Source: Planctomycetota bacterium
Lineage (GTDB): Bacteria; Planctomycetota; B15-G4; JADJEK01
Length of the DNA stretch: 64,000 nucleotides
Direction: 5' to 3'
Assembly (NCBI GenBank): GCA_044225365.1
Contig: JBGAIQ010000011.1
Span: 32,001-96,000, forward strand
Shown here: piece by piece, positions 50,001-60,134 of the stretch
How the letters are laid out: each line of letters starts with the position of its first letter
Position numbering within the stretch: position 1 is the stretch's first letter
The notes under the pieces: model-generated
Databases searched by the model: none
The model's input: only the letters and a program-made list of their open reading frames with translations
Told to the model about the DNA's origin: nothing
Translations under genes and position numbers: made by a program

Positions 50001-50999
50001 TCAGAACGACGCGTCGAGCGCGACTTCGCCGGTGATGCCGACCTGATAGGCCGACACGCGGCGCTCGAAGAAGTTCGTGATCTCCTGGACGTCCTGGAGA
50101 TCCATGAACGGGAATGGGTTCTTCGAGCCGTACTTCTTCGTCATGCCGAGCGCGACGAGGCGCTGATCGGCGACGTACTCGAGATACTGGCGCATGTCGC
50201 GCAGCGAGAGACCGACGACGCCACCCGAGAGCAGGTCCTGCGCGAACTGCACTTCGCAGGTCACGGCCTCCTCGATCATGTCGACGATCTTCCGTTCGAG
50301 TTCCGGCGTCCAGAGACCGGGATCCTCTTCGCGGGCGATGCGCACGACCTCGAAAGCGAACGCCATGTGCGCGCTCTCGTCGCGGAAGACCCAGTTCGTT
50401 CCGGCGGCGAGACCATGCAGCAGCCCGCGCGAACGCAGGTAGTAGACGTAGGCGAACGCCGCGAAGAAGAAGAGCCCCTCGATCGTGGCGGCGTAGCAGA
50501 TGAGGTTCTGCAGGAATTGGCGGCGATGCTCGATGGTCTCGAGCCGCTGCAGCTCGTTGATCGAGTCCATCCACTTCATGCAGTAACGCGCCTTCTGCGC
50601 GATCGACGGGATGTTCTCGACTGCGGCGAACGCCGCCGCGCGCTCCTTGTCGTCGGGCACGTAGGTGTCGAGGAGCGTCAGGTAGAACTGGACGTGGAGC
50701 GCTTCCTCGTAGAGCTGCCGCGACATGTACATTCGCGCTTCCGGCGCGTTGATGTGTCGATACAAGTTGAGCACGAGGTTGTTCGAGACGATCGAATCGC
50801 CCGTCGCGAAGAAGGCGACGAGACGGCGGATCAGGTGCCGATCGGCCGACGTCATCTTGTTGCGCAGATCGCCCGTATCCATCGAGAAGTCGACTTCCTC
50901 GACGGTCCACGTGTTCTTGATCGCCGACTTGTACATCTCGAAGAAGTCGGGATACCGCATCGGGCGGAGGGTGAGGCTGAGGCCGGGATCGAGCAGCAT
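50001..50999 (-). CDS. nrdB: Class I ribonucleotide reductase beta subunit
   Basis: WTVEEVD, FFATGD, EEALHVQFY, EGLFF, RDESAH and NFFERRVSAY motifs. Confidence 0.93.
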   Translation of the reverse strand: MLLDPGLSLTLRPMRYPDFFEMYKSAIKNTWTVEEVDFSMDTGDLRNKMTSADRHLIRRLVAFFATGDSIVSNNLVLNLYRHINAPEARMYMSRQLYEEALHVQFYLTLLDTYVPDDKERAAAFAAVENIPSIAQKARYCMKWMDSINELQRLETIEHRRQFLQNLICYAATIEGLFFFAAFAYVYYLRSRGLLHGLAAGTNWVFRDESAHMAFAFEVVRIAREEDPGLWTPELERKIVDMIEEAVTCEVQFAQDLLSGGVVGLSLRDMRQYLEYVADQRLVALGMTKKYGSKNPFPFMDLQDVQEITNFFERRVSAYQVGITGEVALDASF

Positions 51000-51108
51000 G
51001 GGAGGACTCACGAGAGGTGACGCGGTCGGGAGTTCAGACGGGCGCACAGCCGGGGGAGGATGGGACGTGCAGATGGGCGAAGAAGGAAACGAGAAGAGAA
51101 GTCAAGAC

Positions 51109-51132
51109 GGGCGCACAGCCGTGCGCCCCTAC
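51109..51132 (-). repeat. GTAG-type REP GTAGGGGCGCACGGCTGTGCGCCC overlapping the nrdA stop; partial copy at 51036-51052
   Basis: 8-bp perfect stem GGGCGCAC/GTGCGCCC with a GTAG foot. Confidence 0.7.
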
Positions 51133-53570
51133 TGGCAGGATTCGCAGACGATGGGGTTCTCGAGCAACTTCTTGCGGGCTTCTTCCGCAGGGGTCGGATG
51201 CGACACCGCCGCGGCCGTCACCGTCGTCTTGGCGATCTTCGTCGCGGGACGCGAACGCAGGTAGTAGGTGGTCTTCAGACCCTTCTTCCAGGCGTAGAAG
51301 TACATCGACGAGAGCGCGGCGATGTTGGGGTTCTCGATGAACAGATTCAGCGATTGGCTCTGGTCGATGAATGCGCCGCGGTCCGCCGCCATGTCGATCA
51401 TCGAGCGCTGCGGAATCTCCCAGACCGTGCGGAAGACCTGCTTCAACTCGGCCGGGATCTCCGCGATGTTCTGGATCGAGCCGTCCGCCAGCTTGATCTG
51501 GTTGCGGATGTTCTCGTTCCAGAGTCCGCGCTCCTTCAGCTCGCGCACCAGGTAGCGGTTGATCTGGAGGAAGTCGCCGGACAGCGTCTCGCGCTTGAAG
51601 AGGTTGCTGATCTGCGGCTCGATGCACTCGTAGCAGCCTGCGATCGAGGCGATCGTCGCCGTCGGGGCGATCGCGATGAGGAGCGAATTGCGCAGCCCGT
51701 GCTTCTTGATGCGTTCGCGAAGTTCGGACCAACGGCCCGCTTCCTCGGGAACGACGTTCCACGCGTCGAACTGGAGTTCGCCCTGCGCCGCACGAGTCTG
51801 CGGAAACGCAACGTGCGGACCCTTCTCGATCGCGAGTTCACAGCTCGTCGACAAGGCCTGGAAGTAGATCTCTTCGCTGATCTTCTTCGAGAGCTCCGCG
51901 GCGCCGTCGCTGTCGAACGGCAATCCGAGCATGAAGAACACGTCCTGCAGACCCATGAGGCCGAGGCCGACCGGCCGCCATTTCCGGTTCGAGGTCTCTG
52001 CCGTGTCGATCGGATAGAAGTTGAGGTCGATCACGCGATCGAGTTGCCGGATCGCGACGTCGACGGTCTTCTTCAACTTCTCGAAGTTGAAGAGACCCTG
52101 CGAAGTCATGTGCCGCCCAAGGTTGATCGAGCCGAGGTTGCAGACGGCGGTCTCGTCGTCGTTCGTCACCTCGAGGATCTCGGTGCACAGGTTCGACAGG
52201 TGAATGACGTTGCCCTTCGCGGCGGTCTGATTGCTCGCGCGATTCGACTTGTCCTTGAACGTCATCCAGCCGTTGCCGGTCTGCGCGAGCGTGCGCATCA
52301 TCTTGGCGTAGAGATCGCGCGCCTTCAGCTTGCGCTTCGCGAGCCCCTTCTCCTCGGCCTCGACGTAGAAGTGCTCGAATTCCTCCCCGAAGGAGTCGAT
52401 GAGCTGCGGCACTTCCTTCGGATCGAAGAGCGACCAGTCCGCGTCCGATTCGACCCGCTTCATGAACAGGTCGGAGACCCAGTTCGCGAGATTGAGGTTG
52501 TGCGTGCGGCGGACGGCGTCACCCGTGTTGTCACGCAGTTCGAGGAACTCCTCGATGTCGGCGTGCCACGTCTCGAGGTACACGCAGCAGGCGCCTTTGC
52601 GCTTGCCGCCCTGATTGACGGCCGCGACCGAAGCATCGAGCGTGTGGAGCCACGGCACGATGCCATTCGAGAGCCCATTCGTCGACTCGATGAGCGAGCC
52701 GCGGCTGCGAACGCGGTGATACGCGATGCCGATGCCACCCGCGAACTTCGAGAGCAGTGCGACGTCGGTGTACTTCTTGTAGATCGCCTCGAGGTGGTCC
52801 GTCGGCGAGTCGAGCAGGAAGCACGAGCTGAGCTGTTCGTGACGCGTGCCGGCGTTGAACAGGGTCGGCGACGAGGGAACGTAGTCGAGTGAGGAGAAGA
52901 GGCGATACAGCTCGATCGCCTCGTGGACATTCTCCGACAACGCGCATGCGACGCGCATGAAGAACTGCTGGGGCGACTCGATCACGAGGCGCGACGAAGG
53001 GTTCTTCAGCAAGTAGCGGTCGTAGAGCGTGCGGAGCCCGAAGTACTCGAAGAGGTGATTGCGCTGGGGATCGATCGCGTCGTTCAGCTTGCGGCTGTTC
53101 GCCTGCACGAAGTGCAACACGCGATCGTTGATCAATCGGAAGCGATGCCCGGTCGCGATCGACTGGGAGAAGGAGTGGATCTCCTGGTTCTGGACTTCCT
53201 TGTCGATGAAGGTCGCGAGCAGCCGCGCCGCGAGCAGTGAATACTCATGCTCCTCGGCGATCAGCGACGCCGCGGTCTGGATGGAGAGCTGGTCCAGCTC
53301 CTTGGTCGTGGCGCCGTCGTAGATGCCGGAGATCGTCTTCGTGGCGACTCGGATCGAGTCGACGTGCGTGAGTCCAACGCACGAGCGGCTCACGGCCCGA
53401 ACGATCTTGTTGAGGTCGACCTTCTCGAGCGTGCCGTTGCGCTTGCGCACGCACATCGAGGTCTGCGCGTCGCCCTCTGCGCCGCCCATTCCGTCATTCA
53501 GATCCAGCGAACCGGGCTCGATGACGTGCTCGGGCTCGCGAACGCGAACCGCTTCGCTTCCGCTCTCCAT
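51129..53570 (-). CDS. nrdA: Class I ribonucleotide reductase alpha subunit with N-terminal ATP-cone
   Basis: VRKRNG ATP-cone, SPTLFNAG, LSSCF, SNLCTEI, CNLGS, APTAT, KTTYY and C-terminal CESC; GGAG RBS. Confidence 0.95.
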   Translation of the reverse strand: MESGSEAVRVREPEHVIEPGSLDLNDGMGGAEGDAQTSMCVRKRNGTLEKVDLNKIVRAVSRSCVGLTHVDSIRVATKTISGIYDGATTKELDQLSIQTAASLIAEEHEYSLLAARLLATFIDKEVQNQEIHSFSQSIATGHRFRLINDRVLHFVQANSRKLNDAIDPQRNHLFEYFGLRTLYDRYLLKNPSSRLVIESPQQFFMRVACALSENVHEAIELYRLFSSLDYVPSSPTLFNAGTRHEQLSSCFLLDSPTDHLEAIYKKYTDVALLSKFAGGIGIAYHRVRSRGSLIESTNGLSNGIVPWLHTLDASVAAVNQGGKRKGACCVYLETWHADIEEFLELRDNTGDAVRRTHNLNLANWVSDLFMKRVESDADWSLFDPKEVPQLIDSFGEEFEHFYVEAEEKGLAKRKLKARDLYAKMMRTLAQTGNGWMTFKDKSNRASNQTAAKGNVIHLSNLCTEILEVTNDDETAVCNLGSINLGRHMTSQGLFNFEKLKKTVDVAIRQLDRVIDLNFYPIDTAETSNRKWRPVGLGLMGLQDVFFMLGLPFDSDGAAELSKKISEEIYFQALSTSCELAIEKGPHVAFPQTRAAQGELQFDAWNVVPEEAGRWSELRERIKKHGLRNSLLIAIAPTATIASIAGCYECIEPQISNLFKRETLSGDFLQINRYLVRELKERGLWNENIRNQIKLADGSIQNIAEIPAELKQVFRTVWEIPQRSMIDMAADRGAFIDQSQSLNLFIENPNIAALSSMYFYAWKKGLKTTYYLRSRPATKIAKTTVTAAAVSHPTPAEEARKKLLENPIVCESCQ

Positions 53571-53648
53571 GATCCACTCCAGCGCTGATGATCGACTTCT
53601 GTCGCCTCGCCGCCGGGAACCACGATCCCGACGCCTCCAGAAGCGGGG

Positions 53649-53696
53649 GCCCGTTATATAGGGGCCGGGGCGGAGTGGAAGCACAAAATGTAGGGG
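53649..53696 (-). promoter_or_regulatory. Tandem NrdR boxes upstream of nrdAB
   Basis: Minus-strand CCCCTACATTTTGTGC and CCCCTATATAACGGGC, offset by 32 bp, resembling the NrdR-box consensus and its tandem spacing. Confidence 0.7.
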
Positions 53697-53774
53697 TTCG
53701 AGCCTACGCCCCCCTCCATCGTGTCGCAGGTCGTCTGGACCCCTTTTCGCGGGACCAACTTGGGAACGAAATGA

Positions 53775-53831
53775 GGACCGCCGGGCTCTGCCAGGCATGG
53801 ATGGAAGATGCCGGGCGGAGCCCGGCGGTTC
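53775..53831. repeat. Inverted pair of type B REP-like units (REPIN-like doublet)
   Basis: GGACCGCCGGGCTCTGCCAGGCAT followed by ATGCCGGGCGGAGCCCGGCGGTTC. Confidence 0.8.
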
Positions 53832-53846
53832 AGTGCGGTCCGATCC

Positions 53847-55094
53847 CTAGATGAAGCCGAGATCCTGAGGCACGTAGCCCCCGAAGAGCTGGGTCGCGGT
53901 GGCTTGCGATTCGCCGAGCCACTTCATCACGAGGGTGCCGAGGACATCGCGGTAGTCGAGGTTGAGAGAGATCTCACCGGTGGGATCGAGCTGGGCGGGG
54001 TCGAGGGAGGGGTGCGGGTTCAGGAAGCCACCGTGAACGGTGTCGCCGAGGACGAATACGGGGTTGACGGTGCCGTGGTCGGTACCGCCCGAAGCGTTCT
54101 CGCGGAGCGTACGGCCGAACTCGGAGGTGACGACGATCAAGGTGTTGCTCCCGAGTCCAAGAGCCCCGAGATCCGTGCGGAATGCGGCGAGGCCCTGCGA
54201 GATCAGCGCGAGCATGTTGGAATGGAAGCCGTCCTTGTTCTGGTCGGCGTGCGTGTCGAAGTTGCCGTACTGTACGCGGAAGAACCGCAGGCCCAGGTTT
54301 GCGCTCAGGAGGCGCAATACGATCTGCATCGCGAGGGAGAAGCTGCCGGCCGGATACGCGCCCTGGAACTGGACCTGCGGGACGGTCTTCAGCGTGTCGA
54401 CGAGCTCGAGGAGCTGGTCGCTCGTAGCACCGATGGACTGCAGCATCCCGCTCGTCGCGAGCGACGCGGCGACCATCGATTCGTAGGCCTTTCGACGATT
54501 CGGCCCGTCTTCGGGATGGGCGTAGTCGAACGGGAAATTGAAGGCCTCGATCACGCCGATCGCCGGGATCTCGCCCGCCGCTCCCGCGGTCAGCAGTGTC
54601 GTCGTATCGCCGATCTCCGTCGCGAAGGGGAATGACGGCTTCGGATACAGCGAGAGATAACGGCCGAGCCAGCCCGTGGTGCCAGGAGCGGAGGGCAACC
54701 CTGAGCGCCAGATACGCGCCGAGTAGTCGTGTGACAGATTCGGATTGGGATATCCGACGCCCTGCATCACGGCGAGGCGTCCCGTGAGGTAGAGGTCGCG
54801 CATCTCCTTCCACGACGGATGGAATCCGTAGGGCTTGCCCGCGATCTTGAGCACCTGGCTCTCGGGAACGCCGAGATTCGGGCGGTAGAGGTCGTAGTAC
54901 GCGCCTCCGTTCACCCCGAATGGGACGATCGTATTGAGGCCGTCGTTCCCGCCCTGCAGCTCGACGAACACGATGTTGCGAGCCGGCGCGCCCGGCGCGC
55001 CGAAAGCGGTACTCACTCCGAGGGAGCGCAAGGCCAAGAGCGCGGGGATCGCACTCGCGCCCTTCTTCATCAGATCGCGGCGAGAGAGGCTCAT
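53847..55094 (-). CDS. DUF1501 protein with Tat-like signal (partner of DUF1800)
   Basis: MSLSRRDLMK, LQGGNDGLNT, GVGYPNPNLSH, FDTH and SEFGRT..EN...GTDHG motifs. Confidence 0.88.
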   Translation of the reverse strand: MSLSRRDLMKKGASAIPALLALRSLGVSTAFGAPGAPARNIVFVELQGGNDGLNTIVPFGVNGGAYYDLYRPNLGVPESQVLKIAGKPYGFHPSWKEMRDLYLTGRLAVMQGVGYPNPNLSHDYSARIWRSGLPSAPGTTGWLGRYLSLYPKPSFPFATEIGDTTTLLTAGAAGEIPAIGVIEAFNFPFDYAHPEDGPNRRKAYESMVAASLATSGMLQSIGATSDQLLELVDTLKTVPQVQFQGAYPAGSFSLAMQIVLRLLSANLGLRFFRVQYGNFDTHADQNKDGFHSNMLALISQGLAAFRTDLGALGLGSNTLIVVTSEFGRTLRENASGGTDHGTVNPVFVLGDTVHGGFLNPHPSLDPAQLDPTGEISLNLDYRDVLGTLVMKWLGESQATATQLFGGYVPQDLGFI

Positions 55095-56458
55095 GCGAAC
55101 TGGTACTCCGGACTCGCGAGGATGAGCGCGACGAGGCCCCGGACTTTCACTTCCGCTGTCGCGTCGTCGAGTACGAACGGGACGATGTCTCCATGGGGAG
55201 ACTGCTGCATGTACTTCACGAGCGCGTTGAACGTCGCGTTCGATACGTTTCCCACGTTGAGTTGCGCGAGGGCTCGCAGCACCACGGTAGGTGCGTCGAG
55301 CAACGGCCAGCTCTCGACCGGGCCGAGCAGTTTCTCGAGCTTCCAGGTCACGATCGGCTTGATCTCGACTCGTGCCGTCGCGAGCTGATCTGCGATGCGA
55401 GCGCGCTGCATCATCGTGTTCGTCGTGATCCAGGCCTTGCCTTCGTCCCAACCGAAGACCGAGGGCGGATTGAACAGGACTTGGCCGAGTAGATTGAGGA
55501 GCCACGCGATCTTTGGGCTGTCGATCTTCTTCTTCGAGAACTTTCCGCGCAGCATTCGCAGCGATCCGACGAGGAACTCGATCGGGCTCTTGATGCGCGC
55601 GTACTTCGTCGAGGGCGCGTAGAACTCGTCCATGCGGAAGATGGTCTCGACCATCGTGCGGATGGAACCTCCGCTCTGCTGATACGCCACGACGATCGGC
55701 TGCAGGAGTGGATCGTCGAGCGCAACCGGTCGCGCGAAGAACGAGAACAACTTCCAGGCAATTCGCCGCGCGGTGACCAGATCGGCGACGACGATTTGCA
55801 CGATCTGCTCCCCATCGAGATTGCCCGTGATCCCGCGGAAGGTCTTCGATCCGTAATCGTGCAGCTCGGGCTTGAAGGCGAAGACTCCGTGCTCGAGCGA
55901 CCAACCGGTGAACGCGCGCGCGCCTTCCTTCACGTCGTTCTCGGTGTAATTCGCCTTACCGTTCGCGGCGTAGACGCCACAGGTGAAGATCTCCATCAGC
56001 TCGCGCGCGAAGTTGAGGTTTGGCGCCCCCTTCACGTTGCTGACGGTATCGAGCCACACGAGCATCGCGGGATCGCGCGCCATCGCGAGCGTGAGGTCGT
56101 AGAACTTCCCCGCGCAGTGCTTTCGCAGCGTGACGTTCTGCTTGAACATCGCGAGCGGGTCGACGACTTTGGAAATGCCGGTCGCGAAATGGTTGTGCCA
56201 GAAGAGCGTCAGCTTCTCGATGAGCGGCGACTTGGTCTTCAGCATCCGCGCCAGCCACCAGGTCTGCAGGCGGTCGGGCGGCGCAGGCTTCGCCAGCGTC
56301 CCCATGTAGATCTGCTTCGCCTTGTCCGGCTTGAAGAGTTGCTCGATCGTCGCATCGAGCCCTGCCTTCACGGCGGCGTCGACTTCTGCGAGCGTGGGGC
56401 CGAAACCCGCGCGACGGAGCAGATGTGCGGCATTCTCGGGATCGAAGGAAACGGTCAT
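55091..56458 (-). CDS. DUF1800 protein
   Basis: AAHLLRRAGFG, EKLTLFWHNHFAT, PAML.WLD, NFARELME.FT.G and ARAFTGW motifs. Confidence 0.9.
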   Translation of the reverse strand: MTVSFDPENAAHLLRRAGFGPTLAEVDAAVKAGLDATIEQLFKPDKAKQIYMGTLAKPAPPDRLQTWWLARMLKTKSPLIEKLTLFWHNHFATGISKVVDPLAMFKQNVTLRKHCAGKFYDLTLAMARDPAMLVWLDTVSNVKGAPNLNFARELMEIFTCGVYAANGKANYTENDVKEGARAFTGWSLEHGVFAFKPELHDYGSKTFRGITGNLDGEQIVQIVVADLVTARRIAWKLFSFFARPVALDDPLLQPIVVAYQQSGGSIRTMVETIFRMDEFYAPSTKYARIKSPIEFLVGSLRMLRGKFSKKKIDSPKIAWLLNLLGQVLFNPPSVFGWDEGKAWITTNTMMQRARIADQLATARVEIKPIVTWKLEKLLGPVESWPLLDAPTVVLRALAQLNVGNVSNATFNALVKYMQQSPHGDIVPFVLDDATAEVKVRGLVALILASPEYQFA

Positions 56459-56637
56459 GGGTCGTCTGGGGGTGCTCGAACTCTCGAGGACTCGTAGAAC
56501 GCGAGCATCTTGCCATGCGAACGCATCGCAATATGTAACGGCAACGTGATTCGATCGCGGCAGGCGGATGCGAATGCGGTAGAGTGGTCGCCCCCCTCAT
56601 CGATCCTTCACGGCACCCGAGCCCCGGGTGAGAATCG

Positions 56638-58734
56638 ATGTCCTCCAGCAATCACGTCCCTCCTGGACTCCCCTTCTTCCAATGGGTCGCGAACGAACTC
56701 GCGGCTCGGTTCGATCTCGTTTACACGCACATCGCCGAACCGGTGGGAGATACGTGGGAGAAGATGCGGATCCTCGGCGGCGTCTGCCGCGGCGATGTCG
56801 TGCTACCTCACGACGACGACCTGCTGGGAACTCCCTGCGAGCGACCCTTCCTCGAAGCCGATTGCGAATTCCCCTCCGGCGTCGCCTCGCGATTCCCGAA
56901 TCGGACCATTTTATCGCAAATCGGTGCCGAAGGTTACTACGGAACGCGGATCGTCGACACGAATGGCAACGCGCTCGGAATCGTGAGCGCGATCACTTCG
57001 CGTCCGGTAAGTGATTTCGAGGACTTGAAGCGCTTCCTCGCGCCGATGAGGCCGCGACTCTTCGCCGAGTTCGCGACGCGAGCGGCGATGCGCGAGCGCG
57101 AGGCCCTGATCCAGGGAACGACGCTGCCGTCGTCGGGAAACGTGTTCGCCGCCCTCGCGATGACCATCGCACGGGCGATGCGCGTGAAGACGGCCTTCAT
57201 CTGCGAGTCGATCCCGGGCGACCCGACGCACGCGCAGACGCTCGGCTTCGTGTTCGACGGCAAGATTCTGCCGAACGAGAAGATCCACCTCACGAACGGA
57301 CCGTGCTCGGACGCCTACGGCAAGAACTGCATGGGCAACGCCGTTTTCGTCGTACCGCACGGAATCCAGCAGCACTATCCGAAGTGCGAGATCCTGAAGA
57401 CCTGGCACGCCGAAGCCTACATGGCTGCTGCAATTCGGGACTCGGCAGGCCGCATGGTGGGCCACATCGCCATCATCCACGATCATCCGATCCAGGATCG
57501 TGCGGGTAGTCACGACCTCCTGCGCATGATCGCGATTCGCGCCGGATTCGAACTCGAACGTCATCGGGTCATCGAAGAGCGCGTCGCGATCGAGCGCCGT
57601 CTGCTCGAGACCCAGCGCCTCGAGAGCCTCGGTCTCCTGGCGGGCGGCGTCGCGCACGACTTCAACAACCTCCTCGTCGGCATCATCGGGAACACGAGCC
57701 TCGCTCTCTCCGAGATCGAGCCGGCATCCCCGATCCGACCGTATCTCCAGGCGATCGAGCTCGCGGGACAGCAGGCCTCGGACCTCGCGCGGCAGATGCT
57801 CGCGTATTCGGGGAAAGGTCGCTTCGACGCACGGCGAATCGACCTGAACGACGTCGTTAGAGACACGATCTCCCTGACGCAGCGTTCGATCCCGCGGTGC
57901 GTGCGGGTCGAGATCGAGGTGACGCGCGATCCGCTCGTCGTCCTCGCGGACGTGTCGCAACTGCGACAGGTCGTGATGAACCTCGTCCTCAACGCGGCCG
58001 AAGCGATCGGAGACGCCGACGGGACCGTCATGATCACGACGCGTCGCTCGATCCTGACGGGCGCTGAATCGGACCCGCTCCCGCCGGGAGAGTACGCTGC
58101 GATCGAAGTGCGCGATACGGGTTGTGGGATGGACGATGCCACGGCACGCCGCATCTTCGAACCCTTCTTCTCGACGAAGTTCACGGGTCGCGGCCTCGGC
58201 CTCGCGGCGGTCTCCGGGATCCTGCGCAGACACGGCGCGTCGATCGATGTGAAGAGCAAGAAGGACCACGGCAGCACGTTCCGGGTGCTCGTGCCGGTCG
58301 CCGCGGGTGCGACGGAATCGAATGCCCCAACGTCGCAAGCCTCCAATCTCGTCGCCGAGAAGGGCGCGGTCCTCGTGATCGACGACGAAGAGGTCGTGCG
58401 CAACACGACCGCGAACATCGTTCGTCACTGCGGGCTCGCGTGCATTCCGGCCGTCGACGGCGCAGCCGGTATCGAGGCGTTCCATTCGCATCGACCGCAC
58501 ATCCGCGCGGTGCTGCTCGATCTCACGATGCCTGGAATGAATGGCGTCGAAGTCCTCTCCGAGCTGCGCAGACTCGATCCCCAGGTGCGAGTGATCCTAA
58601 TGACGGGATTCGACGAATCCGACGCACTCCTGCGTTTCGAGGAGAGCGCCATCGATGGGCCCGCGGCGTTCCTCGGCAAACCGTTTCGGACCGAGGACCT
58701 TGCCGAGAAGTTGCGCCAACTCATCGGGGTCTGA
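56638..58734 (+). CDS. Hybrid sensor histidine kinase (two GAF-like domains, HisKA, HATPase, receiver)
   Basis: AGGVAHDFNNLL, QVVMNLVLNA, DTGCGM, FEPFFSTK..GRGLGL and LLDLTMP motifs. Confidence 0.92.
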   Translation: MSSSNHVPPGLPFFQWVANELAARFDLVYTHIAEPVGDTWEKMRILGGVCRGDVVLPHDDDLLGTPCERPFLEADCEFPSGVASRFPNRTILSQIGAEGYYGTRIVDTNGNALGIVSAITSRPVSDFEDLKRFLAPMRPRLFAEFATRAAMREREALIQGTTLPSSGNVFAALAMTIARAMRVKTAFICESIPGDPTHAQTLGFVFDGKILPNEKIHLTNGPCSDAYGKNCMGNAVFVVPHGIQQHYPKCEILKTWHAEAYMAAAIRDSAGRMVGHIAIIHDHPIQDRAGSHDLLRMIAIRAGFELERHRVIEERVAIERRLLETQRLESLGLLAGGVAHDFNNLLVGIIGNTSLALSEIEPASPIRPYLQAIELAGQQASDLARQMLAYSGKGRFDARRIDLNDVVRDTISLTQRSIPRCVRVEIEVTRDPLVVLADVSQLRQVVMNLVLNAAEAIGDADGTVMITTRRSILTGAESDPLPPGEYAAIEVRDTGCGMDDATARRIFEPFFSTKFTGRGLGLAAVSGILRRHGASIDVKSKKDHGSTFRVLVPVAAGATESNAPTSQASNLVAEKGAVLVIDDEEVVRNTTANIVRHCGLACIPAVDGAAGIEAFHSHRPHIRAVLLDLTMPGMNGVEVLSELRRLDPQVRVILMTGFDESDALLRFEESAIDGPAAFLGKPFRTEDLAEKLRQLIGV

Positions 58735-58741
58735 AGGCGGG

Positions 58742-60064
58742 ATGAGAGTACGGCGTCGCTTCTTCGTCATCGTGAGCCTCGTGAGTGCCCTGGCCGCTGC
58801 GAGTCCAGAAACGGATCTCCTCGCACGGCAGCTCGCGAGCTGGCTGTCCCTCGCTACGAAGAGCGCGTTCAAGACGCCGCCGAAAGCGGAACTCGCCAGC
58901 GCCGAGTCGATGCGCAATGCCTGCCGAACGATCCTGAACGCGACCTTCTCCGAAGCGGGATGGAAGGCGCGCGCGGAACTCGCGAGAGCCTTTGGCGCTT
59001 TCCCACCAATGCCGAACGCCGCCTTCGACATCGACGATTACTTCATCGAATCGAAGTTACAGCTCGGCACGCAATGCGAGCTCGCCGGTGCCCGAGCATT
59101 GCTCGCGAACACGTTCACCGAGGCGAATGCCGTCACGCTTGCGAGTGAGTTCGGGTTCCTGCTCTTCGACCAGAACGTCGGCGCTCTCTCGTTCCTTTCG
59201 ACGGGGGACGACGACGAACGCGTCGCCCGCCGAATGGTCCTCCTCGGTCTCGCCCGTTTCTTCGCACATCGTGCCGTCACTCTGCACGCGAGTGAGCTCG
59301 GCGCGACCGTGAAGGACGCGGATGCGAAATCGTTCCCCCCGAGAACGCTGCGTAGGACCATGGCCGCGATGGCTGCGCCGCAGTACGTCATCGAGCGATT
59401 CGCGCTGGAGGAGGAGCGCGGCTTGGAATGCGTCGAGCGCGTGTACGCGGAGGGTGGTGCGGATGCGTTGCGCTCCCTGCTCGCCAGCCCGCCGACGGAA
59501 TCGGCCGACGTGCTGCATCCCGAGCGTTTCCTTGCGAAGCCGAAGGCTCGTTCCGCGCCCTTGAAACTCCTTTTCGCGCCGTCGGATCTCGGAAAGGGAT
59601 GGACCGCGACGTACGAAGGGCGAATTGGCGAATTCGAATCGGAGTTGATCCTGCGACTCGGCGGCGACGCGGTGCGCGCGCGATTGGCGGCCGATGGGAT
59701 CGGCCTCGACGCCATCTCGATCTTCTCGCACGACGGCGAATCCGAGCGGCTCTATTCGTGGTCGATCGAAGCCGAATCCGCGAAGGACGCCGCCGAAGTG
59801 ATCGATGCCTTGAAGAAGCTGTTCGATCGCTTCGATACCACGAAAGCGGCGAACAAGGCGACCGGAAAGCCGCTCGACGCCGTGACGACCGTCACGGTCG
59901 ATCCCGCGCGCACGAGCATCCTCGTGCGATTCGGGGACGCCACGCCCAGCGACGCACAGGACGCGGGACGATTGATCGCGGTCGCGAAACGCGTGAACGA
60001 CCGCGTCGATGTCGTTCTGTATCGCGGCAGCCGGATCGCGCTCGAATCGTTGCTTCCGCTTTGA
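58742..60064 (+). CDS. Exported hypothetical protein
   Basis: Signal-like N-terminus; 440 aa; directly downstream of the kinase gene. Confidence 0.6.
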   Translation: MRVRRRFFVIVSLVSALAAASPETDLLARQLASWLSLATKSAFKTPPKAELASAESMRNACRTILNATFSEAGWKARAELARAFGAFPPMPNAAFDIDDYFIESKLQLGTQCELAGARALLANTFTEANAVTLASEFGFLLFDQNVGALSFLSTGDDDERVARRMVLLGLARFFAHRAVTLHASELGATVKDADAKSFPPRTLRRTMAAMAAPQYVIERFALEEERGLECVERVYAEGGADALRSLLASPPTESADVLHPERFLAKPKARSAPLKLLFAPSDLGKGWTATYEGRIGEFESELILRLGGDAVRARLAADGIGLDAISIFSHDGESERLYSWSIEAESAKDAAEVIDALKKLFDRFDTTKAANKATGKPLDAVTTVTVDPARTSILVRFGDATPSDAQDAGRLIAVAKRVNDRVDVVLYRGSRIALESLLPL

Positions 60065-60134
60065 GCGGAGCCCGATCGTCCCTCGGAATTCGTTATCCTC
60101 TCAACGGGTCTCGCTCGTTTGCTACGGGGGTCTC

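Noticed and set aside
53571-53846. Cobalamin riboswitch upstream of class I nrdAB
   Set aside because: No B12-box or conserved GGGAA/GCCACTG elements were found; the region is explained by NrdR-like boxes and a REP pair.
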